Assembly (NCBI RefSeq): GCF_009914755.1
Contig: NC_060930.1
Source of the DNA: the human T2T-CHM13v2.0 reference genome, Homo sapiens
DNA: 64,000 nucleotides
Reading direction: 5' to 3' (one strand)
Made by a program: the position numbers and the translations under genes. The notes beneath the pieces are model-generated. The model had not been told where the DNA came from. It was given only the letters and a program-made list of their open reading frames with translations, and did not search any database. Each line of letters begins with the position of its first letter. Position 1 is the first letter of the stretch. Of the stretch, positions 44,501 through 57,676 are shown piece by piece.

Positions 44501-47500
44501 TTTTGAAGAATCTGCAGGTGAATATTTGGACCGCTTTGAGGCCTTCGTTGGAAACGGGATTTTTTCATATAAACAAGACAGAAGAATTCTCAGATACTAC
44601 TTTGTGATGTGTTCGTTCAACTGACAGAGTGTAAACTTTCTGTTGATAGAGCAGCTTTGAAACACTCTTTTTGTGGAATTTGCAAGTGCATATTTAGAGC
44701 GTTTTGAGGCCTATGGTAGAAAAGGAAATATATTCCCATAAAAACTAGACAGAAGCATTCTCAGAAACTACTTTGTGATGTTTGCATTCAACTCACAGAG
44801 TTTAGCCTTTCATTCGATAGAGCAGTTTTGAAACACTCTTTTTGTACTATTTGCATGTGTATATTTAGAGTGCCTTGAGGCCTCTGTTTGAAAGTTAATA
44901 TCTTCACATAAAAACTAGACAGAAGCATTCTCAGAAACTACTTTGTGATGTTTGCATTCAACTCACAGAGTTGAACATTCCTCTTGATAGAGCAGTTTTG
45001 AAACACTCTTTTGGAAGTGGCAGCAAGTGGATATTTGGGCATCTTTGAGGCCTTTGTTGGAAGCGCGATTTCTTCATACAAAACTAGAGAGAAGAATTCT
45101 CAGAAACTTCTTGGTGATGTGTGCATTGAACTCACAGAGTTGAACCTTCCTTTCAATAGAGCAGTTTTGAAACACTCTTTTTATAGAATTTCCAAGTGGA
45201 TATTTAGAGCGTTTTGAGGCCCATTGTGGAAAAGGAAATCCTTCATAGAAAAACTAGACAGAATCATTCTCAGAAACTACTTTTTGACGTGTGGGTTCAA
45301 TTCGCAGACTTTTGAAACACTCTTTTTGTAGAATTTGCAGGTGTATATCTAGAGTGCTTTGAGGCCAGAAGTAGAAACAGAATTATCTTCATATAAAAAC
45401 TAGACGGAAGCCTTCACAGAAAATACTTGTGATGTTTGCATTCAACCCACGGAGTTGAACATTTCTCTTGATAGAGCAGTTTTGAAACACTCTTTTTGTA
45501 GAATCTGCAAGTGGATGTTTGGACCTCTTTGAGACCATCATTGGTAACGGGATTTCTTCATATAAAAAAGACAGAAGAATTCAAAGAAACTACTTTGTGT
45601 TTTGTGCGTTCCCCTCCCAGAGTTTAAAATTTCTGTTGACAGAGCAGCTTTGAAACAGTCTTATTCTCGAGTTTGCAATTGTATATTTAGTGCGCTTTGT
45701 GGCCTATGGTAAAAAAGGGAATATCTTCACATAAAAACTTGACCGAAGAATTCTCAGAAACCACTTTGTGATGTCTGCATTCAACCCACAGAGTTGAACA
45801 TTCCTCTTGATAGAGCAGTTTTGAAACACTATTTTTGTGGAATCTGCCAGTGGACATTACCTCTTTGAGGCCTTTGTTGGAAATGGGAATTCTTCATATA
45901 AACAAGACAGAAGAATCCCCTGAAAGTACTTTGTGATGTGTGCATTCAACTCACAGAGTTTAACCTTCGTTTCGATACAACAGTTTGGAAACACTCTATT
46001 TGTAGAATTTGCAAGTGTATATTTAGAGCGTTTTGAGGCCTATGGTAGAAAAGGAAATATCTTCACATAAAAACTCGGTGGAAACATTCTCAGAAACTAG
46101 TTTGTGATGTTTGCATTTAATTCACAGAAATGAACATTCCTCTTGATAGGGTAGTTTTGAAAAATTCTTTTTGTACAATCTGCAAGTGCAAATTTGGACC
46201 TCTTTGAGAGTTTTGTTGGAAATGGGATTTCTTCATATAAAACTTGAGAGAAGAATTCGCAGAAAATTCTTTGTGAAGTGTGCATTCATCTCACATAGTT
46301 GAACTTTCGTTTGATAGAGCAGTTTTGAAACATTCTTTTTGTAGAATTTCCAAGTGGATATTTAGAGCGTTTTGAGGCCTACGGTAGAAAAAGAATTATC
46401 TTCATATAAAAACTAGACAGAGTCATTCTCAGAAACTACTTTTTTATGTGTGGTTTCAACTCACAATGTTTAGCCTTTTTTTTGATAGAGTAGTTTTGAA
46501 ACAGTCTTTTTGTAGAATTTTAGGTGTATATTTAGAGTGCTTTGAGGCCAATGGTAGAAACGGAAATATCTTCATATAAAAACTAGACGGAAGCATTCTC
46601 AGAAAGTACTTGTGATGTTTGTATTCAACTCACAGAGTTGAACATTTCTCTTGATAGAGCAGTTTTGAAACACTCTTTTTGTAGAATCTGCAAGTGGAAA
46701 TTTGGACCTCCTTGAGGCCATCATTGGTAACGGGATTTCTTCATATAAGAAAGATAGAAGAATTCAAAGAAACTACTTTGTGTTTTGTGTGTTCAACTCA
46801 CAGAGTTTAAACTTTCTGTTGAGAGAGCAGCTTTGAAACACTCATTTTTGGAATTTGCAAGTGTATATTTAGTGCGCTTCAAGGCCTATGGTAAAAAAGG
46901 AAATATCTTCACATAAAAACTAAACAGAAGCATTCTCAGAAACTACTTTGTGATGTTTGCATTCAACTCACAGAGATGAACATTCTTCTTGATAGAGCAG
47001 TTTTGAAACACTGTTTTTGTGGAATCTGCAAGTGGACATTTGGACGTCTTTGAGGCCTTCGTTGGAAATGGGAATTCTTCATATAAACAAGACAGAAGAA
47101 TTCTCAGAATGTACTTTATGATGTGTGCGTTCAACTCACAGAGTTTAACCTTCATTTCGATAGAGCAGTTTGGAAACACTATTTTTGTAGAATTTGCAAG
47201 TGTATATTTAGAGCGCTTTGAGACATTTGTTAGAAAAGGATATATCTTCACATAAAAACTAGACGGAAGCATTCTCAGAAACTACTTTTTGATGTATGCA
47301 TTCAACTCACAGAGTTTAGTCTTTCATTTGATAGAGCAGTTTTGAAATACTCTTCTTGTACAATTTGCATGTGTATGTTTAGAGTGCTTTGAGGCCTGTG
47401 TTTGACAGGAAATATCTTCACATTAAAACTAGACCGAAGCATTCTGAGAAACTACATTGTGATGTTTGCATTAAACTCAGAGTTCAACATTCCTCTTTGT

Positions 47501-48080
47501 GTTGTGTGCATTGAACTCACAGAGTTGAACCTTCTTTTCTATACAGCAGTTTTGAATCACTCTTTTTGTAGAATTTCCAAGTGGATATTTAGAGCGATTT
47601 GAGGCCTATTGTGGAAAAGGAAATACCTTCATAGAAAAATTACACAGAATCATTCTCAGAAACTACTTTTTGATGTGTGGGTTCAAATCAGAACGTGTAA
47701 CGTTCTTTTTGATAGAGTAGTTTTGAAACAGTCTTACTGTAGAATTTGCAGGCGTATATTTAGAGTGCTTTGAGGCCAACGGTAGAAACGGAATTATCTT
47801 CATATGAAAACTAGACGGAAGCATTCTCAGAAACTACTTGTGATGTTTGCTTTCAACTCACAGAGTTGAACATTTCTCTTGATAGAGCAGTTTTGCAACC
47901 CTCTTTTTGCAGAATCTGCAAGTGGATGTTTGGACCTCTTTGAGGCCTTCTATGGAAACGTGATTTCTTCATACAAAAATAGAGAGAAGAATTCTCAGAA
48001 ATTTCTATCTGATGTGTGCATTGAACTCAAAATTTGAACCTTCCTTTCAATAGAGCAGTTTTTAAAAACTGTTTTTGTAG
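41560..48080 (+). repeat. Long-period alphoid domain (type II), second block
   Basis: Same private markers, in the same order, as 7.6-12.8 kb; TTGGTAACGGGA box region at ~42341, ~45533 and ~46715. Boundaries approximate. Confidence 0.8.
44543..44559 (+). promoter_or_regulatory. Canonical CENP-B box
   Basis: CTTCGTTGGAAACGGGA exact. Confidence 0.95.
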
Positions 48081-48285
48081 AATTTCCAAGTGGATATTTA
48101 GCGCCGTTTGTGGCCTATGGTAGAATAGGCAATATCTTCATAGAAAATGTAGACAGAATGATTCTCAGAAACTACTTTATGATGTGTGCGTTCAATTCAC
48201 GGAGTTGACCCTTCCTTTCGATAGAGCAGTTTTGAAACACTCATTTTGTAGAATCTGCAAGTGGATATATGGACCTCTTTGTGAC

Positions 48286-48302
48286 CTTCGTTGGAAACGG
48301 GA
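48286..48302 (+). promoter_or_regulatory. Canonical CENP-B box
   Basis: CTTCGTTGGAAACGGGA exact. Confidence 0.95.
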
Positions 48303-49771
48303 TTTTTTCTTACAAAACTAGACAGAAGAATCCTCAGAAACTTCTGTGTGATGTGAACATTCAACTCACAGAGTTGAAACTTCGTCTCATTAAAGCAGTT
48401 TTGAAATAATCTTTTTGTAGAATTTCCTATTGGATATTTAGAGCGCTTCGAGGCCTATGGTAGAAAATTAAATAACTTCATAGAAAAACTAGAGAGAATC
48501 ATTTTCAGAAACTATTTTTTGATGTGTGCATTCAGCTTACAGAGTTTAACTTTTCTTTTGACAGAGCAGTTTCGAAACCCCCTTTTTGTGGAATTTGCAA
48601 GTGTATATTTAGAGTGCTATGAGGCCTACGGTAGAAAAGGAAATATCTTCACAAAAAAAATAGACAGAAGCATTATCAGAAACTACTTTGTGATATTTGC
48701 ATTGAACTCACAGAGTTGAACATTCCTCTTTATAGAGCAGTTTTGAAACCCTCTTTTTGTAGAATCTGCAAGTGGATATTTGGACCTCTTCGTGGCCTTC
48801 GTCTGCTACGTGATTTCTTCCTATAAAGCTAGACAGAAGAATTCTCAGAAACTTCTTTGTGATATGTGATTTCAACACACAGGTTTGAACCTACCTTTCG
48901 ATAGAGCAGTTTTGAAACTCTCTTTTTGTAGATTTTCCAAGTGAATGTTTAGCACCGTTTGAGGCCTATGGTAGAAAAGGCAATATCTTCATAGAAAAAT
49001 TAGACAGAATCATTCTCAGAAATTACTTTGTGATGTGGGCTTTCAACTCACAGAGTATGACTTTTGATAGAGCAGTTCTGAAACACTGTTTTTGTAGAAT
49101 CTGAAAGTGAATATTTGTACTTTTTTGAGGCCGTCGTTGGAAACGGGATTTCTTCATATAAAACTTGACAGAATAATTCTCAGAAACTTCTTTGGGATGT
49201 GTGCATTCAACTCACAGGATTGAACCTTCCCTTCGATAGAGCAGTTTTGAAATACTCTTGTAGGATTATCAAGTTGATATTTAGAGAGGTTCGAAGCCTA
49301 TGGTAGAAAAGGAAATATCTTCATAGAAAAACTAGACAGAATAATTCTCAGAAACTACTTTGTGATGTGTGCATTAACCTTACATAGTTTAACCTTTCTG
49401 TTGATAGAACAGGTTTGAAGGTACCTTTTTGTGTAACTTACAAGTGTGTATTTAGAGCGCCTTGAGGCCTACGGTAGAAAAGGAAATATCTTCACAAAAA
49501 AACTCGACAGAAGCATTGCGGAAACTACTTTGTGATATGTGCATTCAATTCACAGAGTTGAACATTCCTCCTGATAGAGCAGTTTTGAAACCCTGTTTTG
49601 TAGAATCTGCAAGTGGATATTCTGACCTCATTGTGGCCATCGTTTGATACGTGATTTCGTCATATAAAACTTGATGGAGGAGTTCTCCGAAACATTTTTG
49701 TGATGTGTGCATCCAACTCAAAGAGTTGAAATTTCCTTTTTTTTTTTTTTAAGTTGAACAATTTCAAAATT

Positions 49772-49777
49772 TTTATT
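49772..49777 (-). terminator. Polyadenylation signal AATAAA of the retrocopied RNA
   Basis: TTTATT on +, 21 nt from the poly(A) junction at 49750/49751, which is canonical spacing. Confidence 0.85.
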
Positions 49778-50053
49778 TATCAGTGATTAGCTTTAAATTT
49801 ACATTCCTATGCACATGGAGTTATGTCAGGAAACTCTTGTTGGTACCACCTCTTTCTGGCAGCCTTCAGGAAATGAAGTAGCATCATCGGCAGCATGTTA
49901 ATCATTGATGATGAATGTGGCCTGGGATGAATTGGATTACAGGATTGCTGTGTACCATGTGACATGAGGGGCTCATAATAGGCTTAAAGATGATAAAAAT
50001 ATTTTTTGTTCCCTTAAATATCATAGAAATAACTGGAAACATTAATAGAAATA

Positions 50054-50379
50054 CAGTTGGCTCTCTGTATCCATAGGTTCCCCATCAGTAGATTCAACCA
50101 ACCATGGATCAAAAATATTTAGGGGGAAAATCTTCACAAAGTTCCGAAAGGCAAAATTTGAATTTGCCACACACTGAGGACTATGTTGAATCCACATGAA
50201 TGAGGAGATGTGTAGGCATTATATAAGTAATCTAGAGATTATTTAAAGCATACAGGAGGATGTGTGTTGGTTATCTGCAAATACTATACCACTTTATATA
50301 AGAGGCTTGAGCATCTGTGGATTTTGGTATCTGCAGGTGGTCCTGGAGCCATTCTCTCATGGATATAGAGGGACAGCTA
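50054..50379 (-). mobile_element. MER2-family (MER2B-like) non-autonomous TcMar-Tigger DNA transposon fossil
   Basis: Degenerate TIRs (CAGTTGGCTCTCTGTATCCAT ... ATGGATATAGAGGGACAGCTA) flanked by TA at 50052-50053 and 50380-50381. Hallmark internal motifs GATTCAACCAACCATGGATCAAAAATATT, TAAGTAATCTAGAGATTATTTAAAG and CTTGAGCATCTGTGGATTTTGGTATC. Confidence 0.85.
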
Positions 50380-50425
50380 TAATTTCTTTATAAATTGGTA
50401 TTGACCACATAAATAACCTCATTGA

Positions 50426-50689
<264 letters not shown>

Positions 50690-53600
50690 TAGAGCATCTT
50701 CGAGATTCTCTTTATGTAGAATTTCCAAGTGGATATTTAGGGAGGTTTGAGGCCTATGGTAGAAAAGGAAATATCTTCATAGAAAAACAAGACAGAATCA
50801 TTATCAGAAACTACCTTGTGGTGTGTGCATTCAGCTTACAGAGTTTAAACTTTCTTTTGTTAGAGCAGTTTTGAAACAACTTTTTGTGGAATTTGCAAGT
50901 GTATATTTAGAGCGTTTTGAGGCCTCAGGTAGAAAATGAAATATCTTCACAAAAACACTAGAGAGAAGCATTGTCAGAAATTACTTTGTGATATTTGCAT
51001 TCAACTCACAGTGTTGAACATTCCTCTTGATAGAGCAGATTTGAAACACTTTTTGTAGCATCTGCAAGTGGATATTTAGACCTCTATGGGTCCACAAAAA
51101 TCTCTCTTTTTGGAGAATTTCCAGGTGGTTATATACCGCCGTTTGAGGCCTATGGTAGAAAAGGTAATATCTTCATAGAAAAACTAGACAGAAGAATTCT
51201 CATAAACATCTTTGTGATGTGTGCTTTCAAGTCACAGAGTTGAAACTTCCTTTCGATAGAGCAGTTTTGAAACTCTCTTTTTGTAGAATTTCCAAGTGGA
51301 TATTTAGCGCCGTTTGAGGCCTAAGGTAGAAAAGGAAATATCTTCATAGAAAAACTAGATGGAATGATTCTCAGAAACTACATTGTGATGTGTGCGTTCA
51401 ACTCACAGAGTTTAACCTTTCTTTTGATAGAGCAGTTTTGAAACATTATTTTTGTAGAATCTGCAAGTGAATATTTGGACTTTTTTGAGCCTTCTTTGGA
51501 GACGGGCTTTCTTCATATAAAACTTGACAGAAGAATTGTCAGAAACTTCTTTGTGATGTGTGCATTCAACTCACAGAGTTGAACCTTCCTTTCGATAGAG
51601 CAGTTTTGAAATACTCTTTTTATAGAATTTTCAAGTGGATGTTTAGAGCAGTTCGAGGCCTATGGGAAAAAAGGAAATGTCTTCATATAAAAACTAGACA
51701 GAATCATTCTCAGAAACTAGATTTTGATGGCGGCATTCAGCTTACAGAGTTTAACCTTTCTTTTCATAGAGCAGTTTTGAAACTCCCTTTTTATGGAATT
51801 TGCAAGTGTATATTTATAGGGCTTTGAGGCTTATGGTAGAAAAGGAAGTATCTTCTCAAAAAAAATTAGACAGAAGCATTGTCAGAAACTACTTTGTGAT
51901 ATTTGCATTCAACTCAAAGTGTTGAACATTCCTCTTGATTGAGAAGTTTTGAAACACTCTTTTCGTAGAATCTTCAAGTGGTTATTTGGATCTCTTTGTG
52001 GCCTGCGTTTGATACGCGATTTCTTCCTATAAAGCTAGACAGAAGAATTCTCAGAAACTTCTTTGTGATGTGTGCTTTCAATGCAGATTTGAACCTTCCT
52101 TTCGATAGATCAGTTTTGAAACTCTCTTTTTGTAGAATTTCCAAGTGGATATTAAGCGCCGATGAGGCCTATGGTAGAAAAGACAATATCTTCATTGAAA
52201 AACTAGACAGAATGAGTCTCAGAAACTACTTTGTGATGTGTGCGTTCAACTCACAGAGTTTAACCTTTCTTTTGATAGAGCACTTTTGAAATACTCTTTT
52301 TGTAGAATCTGCAGGTGAATATTTGGACTTTTTTGAGGCCTTCGTTGGAAATGGGATTTCTTCATATAAAACATGACAGAATAATTCTCAGAAACTTCTT
52401 TGTGATGTGTGCATTCAACTGACAGAGTTGAACCTTCCTTTCGATAGAGCAGTTTTGAAATACTCTTTTTATAGGATTTTCAAGTTGATAATTAGAGAGG
52501 TTCGAGGCCTATGGTAGAAAAGGGCATATCTTCATAGAAAAACTAGACAGAATCATTCTCAGAAACTGCTTTGTGATGTGTGCGTTCAACTCACAGAGTT
52601 TAACCTTTCTTTTGATACAGCAGTTTTGAAGCAACCTTTTTGTGAAATTTACCAGTGTATATTTAGAGCGCCTTGAGGCCTACGGTAGAAAAGGTAATAC
52701 TTTCACAAAAAAAACTAGACAGAAGTATTGTCAGAAACTACTTTGTGATATTTGCATTCAACTCACAGAGTTGAACATCCCACTTGATAGAACAGTTTTG
52801 AAACCCTCTTTTGTAGAATCTGTAAGTGGATATTCTGACCTCATGGTGGCCGTCGTTTGATAAGTGATTTCTTCATATAAAACTTGACAGAAGAATTCGC
52901 AGAAACATTTCTGTGATGAGTGCATCCAACTCACAGAGTTGAACATTCCTTTCAATAGAGCAGCTTTGAGATTCTCTTTTTGTAGAAATTCCAAGTGGAT
53001 ATTTAGGGTGGATTGAGGCCTATGGTAGAAAAGAAAATATCTTCATAGAAAAACTAGACAGAATCATTATCAGAAACTAGTTTGTGATGTGTGCATTCAC
53101 CTTACAGAGTTTAACCTTTCTTTTGATAGAGCAGTTTTGAAACAACTTTTTGTGGAATTTGCAAGTGTATATTTAGAGCGTTTTGAAGCCTACAGTAGAA
53201 AAAGAAATATCTTCACAAAAAAATAGACAGAAGCATTGTCAGAAACTACTTTGTGATATTGGCATTCAACTCACGGAGTTGAACTTTCCTCTTGATAGAG
53301 GAGTTTTGAAACACTTTTTGTAGAATCTGCAAGTGGATATTTAGACCTCTTTGGGTAGACAAAAAACTCTCTTTTTGTTGAATTTCCAAGTGGATATTTA
53401 ACGCTGTTTGAGGCCTATGGTAGAAAAGGAAATATCTTCATAGAAAAACTAGACAGAAGAATTCTCATAAGCTTATTTGTGATGTGTGCTTTCAACTCAC
53501 AGAGTTGAACCTTCTTTACAATAGAGCAGTTTAGAAACTCTCTTTTTGTAGAATTTCCAAGTCGATATTTACAGCGGTTTGAAGCCTATGGTATAAAAGG

Positions 53601-53755
53601 CAATATCTTCATAGAAAAACTAGACATATTCATTCTCAGAAACTAATTTGTGATATGTGCATTCAGCTTACAAAGTTAAACCTTTATTTGATAGATTAGT
53701 TTTGAAACACTCTTTTTGTAGAATCTGCAAGTGAATATTTGAACTTTTTTGAGGC

Positions 53756-53772
53756 TTTCGTTAGAATCGGGA
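53756..53772 (+). promoter_or_regulatory. Variant CENP-B box, essential nucleotides intact
   Basis: TTTCGTTAGAATCGGGA fits NTTCGNNNNANNCGGGN. Confidence 0.75.
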
Positions 53773-56700
53773 TTTCTTCATATGAAACTTGACAGAAGAA
53801 TTCTCAGAAACTTCTTTGTGATGTGTGCTTTCAACTCACAGAATTGAAAATTTCTTTTCGATAGAGCAGTTTTCAAAGTCACTTTTTGAAAAAATTCCAA
53901 GTGGATATTTAGCGCCGTTTGAGGCCTATGGTAGAGAAGGCAATATCTTCATAGAAAAACTACATAGAATGGTTCTCGGAAACTACTTTGTGTTGTGTGC
54001 GTTCAACTCACAGAGTTTAACCTTTCTTTTGATAGAGCAGTTTTGAAACATTCTTTTTGTAGAATCTGCAAGTAGATATTTGGACCTCCTTGTGGCCTTC
54101 TTTTGAAACGTGATTTCTTCGTATACAACTAGACAGAAGAATTCTCAGAAACTTCTGAGTGATGTCTGCTTACAACACACAGGGGTGAACATTCCTTTCA
54201 ATAGAGCAGTTGTGAAACTCTTTTTGTGGAATTTCCAAGTGGATATTTAGCGCCGTTTGAGGCCTAAGGTAGAAAAGGCAATACATTCATTGTAAAACTA
54301 CACAGAATCATTGTCAGAAACTACTTTGTGATATTTGCATTCAATTCACAGTTGAACATTCCTCTTGATAGAGCAGTTTTGAAACACTCTTTTTGTTGAA
54401 TCTGCATGTGGATATTTGGACCTCTCTGTGGCCTTCGTTTGAATCGTGATTTCCTCATATAAAACTAGACGGAAGAATTCTCAGAAACTTCTTTGTGATG
54501 TGTGCTTTCAACTCACACAGTTTAACTTTCCTTTCGATGCAGCAGTTTGGAAACTCTCTTTTTGTAGAATTTCGAAGTTGATAATTAGCACGGTTTGAGT
54601 CCTATGGTAGAAAAGACAATATCTTCTTAGAAAAACTAGAGAGAATGATTCTCAGAAACTATTTTGTGATGTGTGCCTTCAACTCAAGGAGTTTAACCTT
54701 TCTTTTGTTAGAGCAGTTTTGAAACACTCTTTTTGTAGAATATGCATGCGAATATTTGGACTTTTTGGAGGACTTCGTTGGAAACGGAAATTCTTCATAT
54801 AAAACTAGACAGAAGAATTCTCAGAAAATCCTTTGTGATGTGTCCTTTAAACTAACAGAGTTGAACCTTCCTTTCAATAGAGCAGTTTTGAAACTCTCTT
54901 TTTGTAGAATTTCCAAGTGGATATATAGAGCCTTTTGAGGCCTATGTTAGAAAAGGCAACATCTTCATAGAAAAACTAGACAGAAAGTTTCTCAGAAACT
55001 ACTTTGTGATGTATGCGTTCAACTCACAGAGTTTAACCTTTCTTTTGATAAAACAGTTTTGAATCACTCTTTTTGTAGAATCTGCAAGTGAATATTTGGA
55101 CTTTTTTGAGGCCTTCTTTGGAAACGGGATTTCATCATATAAAACTTGTCAGAAGAATTCTCAGAAACTTCTTTGTTTTGTGTGCATTAAACTCACAGTG
55201 TTGAACCTTCTTTTTGATAGAGCAGTTTTGAAATACTCTTTTTGTAGAATTTCCAAGTGGATAATTAGAGCGGTTCGAGGCCTGTGGTAGAAAAGGAAAT
55301 GTCTTCATAGAAGAACTAGACAGAATCATTCTCAGAAACTACTTTTTGATGTGTGCATTCAGCTTACAGAGTTTAACCTGCCTTTTGATAGAGCAGTTTT
55401 GAAACACACTTTTTGTGGAATTTGCAAGTGTATATTTAGAGCGCTTTGAGGCCTACTGTAGAAAAGGAAATATCTTCACATCAAAACTAGAGAGAAGCAT
55501 TATCAGAAACTACTTTGTGATATTTGCATTCAACTCACAGAGTTGAACGTTCATCTTGATAGAGCAGTTTTGAAACACACTTGGTGAAGTATCTGCAAGT
55601 GGATATTTGGACCTCTCTTTGGCCGTCGTTTGAAACGTGATTTCTTCTAATAAAACTAGACAGAATACTGCTCAGAAACTTCTTTGTGATGTGTGCTTTC
55701 CACTCACAGTTTTGAAACTTCCTTTCGATAGAGCATTTTTGAAACTCTCTTTTTGTGGAATTTCCAAGTGGATATTTAGCGCCGTTTGAGGCCTCTCCTA
55801 GTAAAGGCAATATCTTAATAGAAAAACTAGACAGAACGATTCTCAGAAACTACTTTGTGATGCGTCCATTGAACTCACAGAGTTTAACCTTTCTTTGATA
55901 GAGCATTTTTGAAACACTCTTTTTGTAGAATCTGCAAGTGAATATTTGGACTTTTTTGAGGCTTTCATTGGAAACGGGATTTCTTCATATAAATCTTGAC
56001 AGAAAAATTCTCAGGAACGACTTTGTGATGTGTGCATTCAACTCACAAAGTTGAACCTTCCTTTCGATAGAGCAGTTTTGAAATACCCTTTTTGTAGAAT
56101 TTCCATATGGATAATTAGAGCATTTCGAGGCCAACTGAGGAAAAGTAAATATCTTCATAGAAAAACTAGACAGAATCATTCTCAGAAACCACTTTGTGAT
56201 GTGTGCATTCAGCTTTCAGAGTTTAACTTTCTTTTGATAGAGCAGTTTTTAAACACTCTTTTTGTGGAATTTGTAAGAGTATATTTACAGCGCTTTGAGG
56301 CCTATTGTAGAAAAGGAAATATCTTCACATTAAAACCGGACAGAAGTATTTTCAGAAACTAATTTGGGATACTTGCATTCAACTCACAGAGTTGAACATT
56401 CCTCTTGATAGAGCAGTTTTGAAACACTCTTTTTGTAGAATCTGCAAGTGGATATTTGGAACTCTTTGTGGCCTTCGTTCGAAAGGTGATTTCTTCATAT
56501 AAACCTAGACAGAAGAATTCTCAGAAACTTCTTTGTGGTGTGTGCTTTCAACTCAGAGAGTTCAAAATTCCTTTCGATAGAGCAGTTTTGAAAATCTCTT
56601 TTTGTAGAATTTCTGAGTGCATGTTTAGCGCCGTTTGAGGCCTAGGCTAGAAAAGGCAATATCTTCATGGAAAAACTAGACAGAATGATTCTCAGAAACT

Positions 56701-57659
56701 ACTTTGTGATGTGTGCGTTCAACTCACAGAGTTTCACCTTTCTTTTGATAGAGCAGTTTTGAGACACTCTTTTTGTAGTATCTGAAAGTGAACATATGGA
56801 CTTTTTTGAGGCTTTCTTTAGAAAAGGGATTTCTTCATATAAACTTTACAGAAGAATTCTCAGCAACTTCTTTGTGATGTGGGCATTCAACTCACAGGGT
56901 TGAACTTTCCTTTCAATAGAGCAGTTTTGAAATACTTTTTTGTAGAATTTCCAAGTGGATATTTAGAGTGGTTCGAGGCCTATGGTATAAAAGGAAATAT
57001 CTTCATAGAAAAACTAGACAGAATCATTCTCAGAACTACTTTGTAATGTGTGCGTTCAGCTTACAGAGTTCAACCTTTCTTATAATAGGGCAGTTTTGAA
57101 ACACTCTTTTTGTGGAATTTACTAGTGCATGTTTAGAGCGCTTTGAGGTCTACTGTAGAAATAGAAATAACTTCACATAAAAACTAGACAGAAGCATTTT
57201 CAGAAACTACTTTGTGATATTGGCATTCAACTCACAGAGTTGAACATTCCTCTTGATAGAGCAGTTTCGAAATACACTTTTTGTAGAATGCACAAGTGGA
57301 TAATTGGACTTTTTGAAGCCTTCATTTGAAACTTGATTTTGCCATATAAAAATAAACAGAAAAATTCTCAGAAACTTCTTTGTGATGTGTGCTTTCAACT
57401 CATAGAGTTGGTCCTTTCTTTAGATAAAGCAGTTTTGAAACTCTCTTTTTGCAGTATTTCCAAGTGTATATTTATTGCCGAAAGAGGCCTATGGTGGAAA
57501 AGGCAATATCTTCATTGTAAAACTAGACAGAATGATTCTCAGAAACTACTTTGTGATGAGTGCGTTCAACTCATGGAGGTTAACCTTTCTTTTGTTAGAG
57601 ATGTCTAGAAACACTGTTTTTGTAGAATCTGCAAGTGAATATTTGGACTTTTTTGAGGC

Positions 57660-57676
57660 CTTCGTTGGAAACGGGA
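57660..57676 (+). promoter_or_regulatory. Canonical CENP-B box
   Basis: CTTCGTTGGAAACGGGA exact. Confidence 0.95.

Larger units (their letters stand above)
28772..49739 (+). repeat. Alpha satellite array, segment 2
   Basis: Continuous ~171-bp monomers in the same orientation; pentamer type to ~41.5 kb and again after ~48.1 kb. Confidence 0.99.
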